From the IMG/VR virus record IMGVR_UViG_3300020045_003705, positions 1 through 28,594 of that record: DNA of 28,594 bases; one strand, given 5' to 3'. Of the stretch, positions 25,807 through 28,594 are shown one piece after another (positions within the stretch are counted from its first letter, which is position 1; each line of letters begins with the position of its first letter). Source of the DNA: a virus (taxonomy: Duplodnaviria > Caudoviricetes). A program made the translations under genes and the position numbers. The notes beneath the pieces are model-generated. The model was given only the letters and a program-made list of their open reading frames with translations, was not told the DNA's origin and made no database searches.

Positions 25807-25835
25807 TTGACACGCACCGTTAACAGTAGTATCGT
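25807..25835 (+). promoter_or_regulatory. Sigma70 promoter for RHH-antirepressor operon
   Basis: TTGACA-17-TATCGT then GGAGG RBS. Confidence 0.8.
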
Positions 25836-25853
25836 ATTCAACGGGAGGACAAG

Positions 25854-26030
25854 ATGAACCAACTTGTCGGGGTCCGGCTCGAACCGGATCAGGTGAAGAA
25901 GCTCGACGGACTGGCCAAGACGGAGCGCCGCAGTCGGGCGTCCATGCTCCGCGTCTTGTTTGAGGAGGGCCTCGAGGCCCGTGAACTGGTGAAAGAGTCG
26001 GAGAGGGTTCCGGAAGGACGGTCGGCGTGA
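25854..26030 (+). CDS. Ribbon-helix-helix repressor (Arc-like position, 58 aa), not in ORF track
   Basis: MNQLVGVRLEPDQVKKLDGLAKTERRSRASMLRVLFEEGL; GTGA coupling to antirepressor. Confidence 0.88.
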   Translation: MNQLVGVRLEPDQVKKLDGLAKTERRSRASMLRVLFEEGLEARELVKESERVPEGRSA

Positions 26031-26737
26031 GCGGCCTGCAGGTCTTCCAGAAGGACGGCCTCAAGGTCCGCACGCTGATCCGCGACGGCGAGCCCTGGTT
26101 CGTTGCCGCTGACGTGCTGAAGGTTTTGGACCTGGATCGAAAGGCTCTTGAGCGCCTGGACTACGACGAAAAGGGTGTGAGTTCAATTCACACCCCTGGC
26201 GGCGACCAGCATGTGATCATCGTCTCCGAGCCCGGGCTGTACGCCTTGGTCCTCGGCTCTCGCAAGCCTGAAGCTCGCACGTTCAAGCGGTGGGTGACGC
26301 ACGAGGTTATCCCCAGCATCCGGCGCTTCGGCGTGTATGCCGCCAAGATCCCGAAGACCTTCTCCGAGTCCTTGCGCGCCCTCGCCACGGCCACCGAGCA
26401 GATTGAGGCTCAGGCCCGCGTCATCGAGGAACAGGCTCCGAAGGTGCTGGCCGCTGACAGGATTGCCAGCGCGGACAACGGGATGACCATCAAGGACTTT
26501 GCCAAGAACCTCGGCGAGGGACCGATCAAGATTTTCCCGAAGCTCCAGCGCATGGGCATCCTCTTCCGGAACTCGAACATGGACTGGGTTCCTAAACAGG
26601 AGTACCTGGACCGCGAATACTTCCGCACCCACGTCACCACCATTCCGCACGGCGATAGGATCGTGAACCACACGACCACGCTCATCACCGGGAAGGGCGA
26701 AGTGTGGCTCGCTGCGAAGTTGAGCGAGGCGTCCTGA
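26027..26737 (+). CDS. ant: Antirepressor, BRO-N plus ANT/KilA-C domains
   Basis: GEPWFVAADV, VSEPGLY..SRKPEA..FKRWVTHEVIPSIR; APKV..TIKDFAK..P.QEY..ITGKG. Confidence 0.92.
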   Translation: MSGLQVFQKDGLKVRTLIRDGEPWFVAADVLKVLDLDRKALERLDYDEKGVSSIHTPGGDQHVIIVSEPGLYALVLGSRKPEARTFKRWVTHEVIPSIRRFGVYAAKIPKTFSESLRALATATEQIEAQARVIEEQAPKVLAADRIASADNGMTIKDFAKNLGEGPIKIFPKLQRMGILFRNSNMDWVPKQEYLDREYFRTHVTTIPHGDRIVNHTTTLITGKGEVWLAAKLSEAS

Positions 26738-27045
26738 TGAACACCAACCACCGCGCCGTCATCGTTCAGCAGATCCCCATGCTCGCCACCCTGATGGGCC
26801 GCGAGGGTGGGAGTGTCTGGGCGAGGCTGTACTCGGATTTCGCGTACGACACCGGGATCAACTTCGAGCGGATGGCGGTGGTGAACGACTGCAAGCAGAT
26901 CGACATCATCGAACGCGAGGGACTGCTCGCGGAATTCGCCGAGTTCGTGGAAAAGCGGATGAAGGAAAAGACAACCCCGGCGTTGCCGGAAAATGAAAAA
27001 GCTCCCGGCCAGGGGAGCTTGTTCGGAAAGGAGGCAACAACGTGA
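26737..27045 (+). CDS. Hypothetical protein resembling antirepressor-associated C-terminal domains; ends QGSLF
   Basis: TGATG coupling, GAGG RBS; W..LY..F....IN....IDIIE..G.L. Confidence 0.7.
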   Translation: MNTNHRAVIVQQIPMLATLMGREGGSVWARLYSDFAYDTGINFERMAVVNDCKQIDIIEREGLLAEFAEFVEKRMKEKTTPALPENEKAPGQGSLFGKEATT

Positions 27046-27269
27046 CGACCACGCTTGCCAAGAACCATACCACCGTCAGTGACGGATGGTCAAGAGACGA
27101 GGACGGAGTGCTTCGTATCCCTCTGCTCAAGGCGTTCCAGCTCTTCGGGGCGCTCAATCACGACCGGGGTCACGCTCCGGCCTACGCGCTCAACCTGGAG
27201 TGCTCGCGGGGCATGAGCTTCGCGGACTTCACCGACGTCAACGACATCGAATGCCTTGGGGGAATATGA
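27042..27269 (+). CDS. Hypothetical protein
   Basis: AAGGAGG RBS; coupled on both sides. Confidence 0.7.
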   Translation: MTTTLAKNHTTVSDGWSRDEDGVLRIPLLKAFQLFGALNHDRGHAPAYALNLECSRGMSFADFTDVNDIECLGGI

Positions 27270-27904
27270 GCAGCGCCGTAGAGAACCGTTTCGAGGCCCT
27301 TGAGGCCATCCGGGAGCCCTTTGAGGCGTACCTTACCGAAGCCGCCGAGGTAGTCGTTGAGACGCAGGCGCAGTACGAAGACGCGGCCTTTGGGCTCAAG
27401 AAGCTCAAGACATGGGAAAAGGACATCGCCGACTACTTCGAGCCCGAGCGGAAGCGGACCTATGACGCCTACAACGCCGTCACCACGACCAAGGCCGCTT
27501 TCCTGAAGAAGTCCGAGGCCGTCGAACGTATCATCAAGAGCAAGATGGGCGCGTTTGTCCAGGCTGAGCAGGCGAGGATCCGGGACGAGCAACGCGCCGC
27601 CGCCGCCGCCATGGCTGAAGCCCAGCGCCAGCTTGAGGCGTCGATGCCGACCCCCGACGCCCCCGTTGCTGTCGCCGAGGTCATCATCCCGGCCGTATCC
27701 GAGCCGACGAAGGTCGCCGGAATCAGCGTCACGAACACCTGGAACTTCCGCATCATCGACAAGGCCAAGATCAAGGACGACTACCTCGAGCCAAACGAGG
27801 CGTACATCCTGAAGGTGGTCAAAGCCATCGGCCCGAACGCGGCGGCCATGATTGGTGGAATTGAAGTCTTCGCCGAAACGAAGATCGGCTCCGGGAGGGG
27901 CTAA
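27266..27904 (+). CDS. Coiled-coil protein of recombination module
   Basis: ATG 27266 coupled; long helical region then W.F.I.D..I..YL.P motif; precedes annealing protein. Confidence 0.75.
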   Translation: MSSAVENRFEALEAIREPFEAYLTEAAEVVVETQAQYEDAAFGLKKLKTWEKDIADYFEPERKRTYDAYNAVTTTKAAFLKKSEAVERIIKSKMGAFVQAEQARIRDEQRAAAAAMAEAQRQLEASMPTPDAPVAVAEVIIPAVSEPTKVAGISVTNTWNFRIIDKAKIKDDYLEPNEAYILKVVKAIGPNAAAMIGGIEVFAETKIGSGRG

Positions 27905-27907
27905 GCT

Positions 27908-28594
27908 ATGAACGAACTTGCAACAATCCCCTACAACGATCTGGACAAGATGGCTAAGGCCATGGGCTCGGGCAAGATGTTCGGCAAGACTGCCGACGAG
28001 CTTCTTCCCCTGATGCTCCTCGCCCAGGCCGAGGGCCGCCACCCTGCTTTCGTCGCCCAGGAGTTCGACATTATTCAGGGCCGCCCGGCGATGAACTCCA
28101 AGAGCGCCCTGGCTCGCTTCCAGGCGGCAGGCGGCCGGATCCAGTGGCTCGAGCGTACCGACAAGGTGGCGACAGCCACGTTCTCACACCACCAAGGTGG
28201 CGACCTGACCGTCACTTGGGACATGGCCCGCGCCGCCGCTGCCCAGCTAACCGGGAAGGATAACTGGAAGAAGTTCCCGGCGCAGATGCTCTCTGCCCGC
28301 GTGGTCGCCGAAGGGGTCCGCGCCGTGTTCCCTGGGTGCCTGTCCGGGTTCTACACCGTCGAGGAAGCCGACTGGGAGCGAGAGCCCGCCAAGCCGTCGC
28401 CACGGCCCGCCGCCGGACCAGAGGCCCCGAAGGGCAAGCTCTTCGACAAGGCGGCCGCCGAGCCGAAGCAGGCAACGCCCGACGCCGCACCGCGAAAGGT
28501 TGAAGGCGAGGCCGCGCCAATCAAGAAGACGCCCGACAGCCGCCGCGTCCAGGTAATCACGTTCATCGGCGAGAACACTGACAAGCTCACCCCC
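27908..28594 (+). CDS. RecT/Redbeta-like single-strand annealing protein (3' truncated), not in ORF track
   Basis: MNELATIP..IIQGRPAM..A..AQL.GKDNWKKFPAQML.AR..VRAVFP..LSGFYTVEE; open to window end. Confidence 0.85.
   Translation, partial: MNELATIPYNDLDKMAKAMGSGKMFGKTADELLPLMLLAQAEGRHPAFVAQEFDIIQGRPAMNSKSALARFQAAGGRIQWLERTDKVATATFSHHQGGDLTVTWDMARAAAAQLTGKDNWKKFPAQMLSARVVAEGVRAVFPGCLSGFYTVEEADWEREPAKPSPRPAAGPEAPKGKLFDKAAAEPKQATPDAAPRKVEGEAAPIKKTPDSRRVQVITFIGENTDKLTP

Noticed and set aside
1-28594. Stop-codon reassignment
   Set aside because: Genes tile densely under the standard code and TGA, TAA and TAG all end genes at sensible positions

Overview
High-GC segment of a temperate HK97-like long-tailed phage. 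The left part (1-16305, + strand) is the late region: end of terL, portal, prohead protease, major capsid, neck genes, a 4-gene accessory structural cassette, tail tube, tail assembly chaperone with a -1 slippery site, tape measure, one 1216-aa hub/fibre protein and a lysis module with two fully overlapped spanin-like frames. The centre holds a small leftward two-gene operon, an unsplit attP (3' half of tRNA-Thr(UGU) plus terminator and arm-type repeats), a tyrosine integrase, a lipoprotein and the repressor/Xis-like switch. The right part is the early region, with a P22 immI-like divergent RHH pair plus antirepressor, ending in a truncated RecT-like protein. Style of the integrase and repressor suggests a spirochaete host (inference only). 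Highlights: (1) the leftward operon has a near-consensus promoter whose spacer is a palindrome, and a complete type I hammerhead ribozyme fills the gap between its two genes; (2) an exact 11-mer CTGACTATATC precedes four late gene blocks; (3) a CCGAnAnT-N6-ATG leaderless-type motif is shared by int, repressor and the Mnt-like gene; (4) several small early proteins carry QLxLF-like clamp-binding motifs. All calls are by eye; no searches were run.
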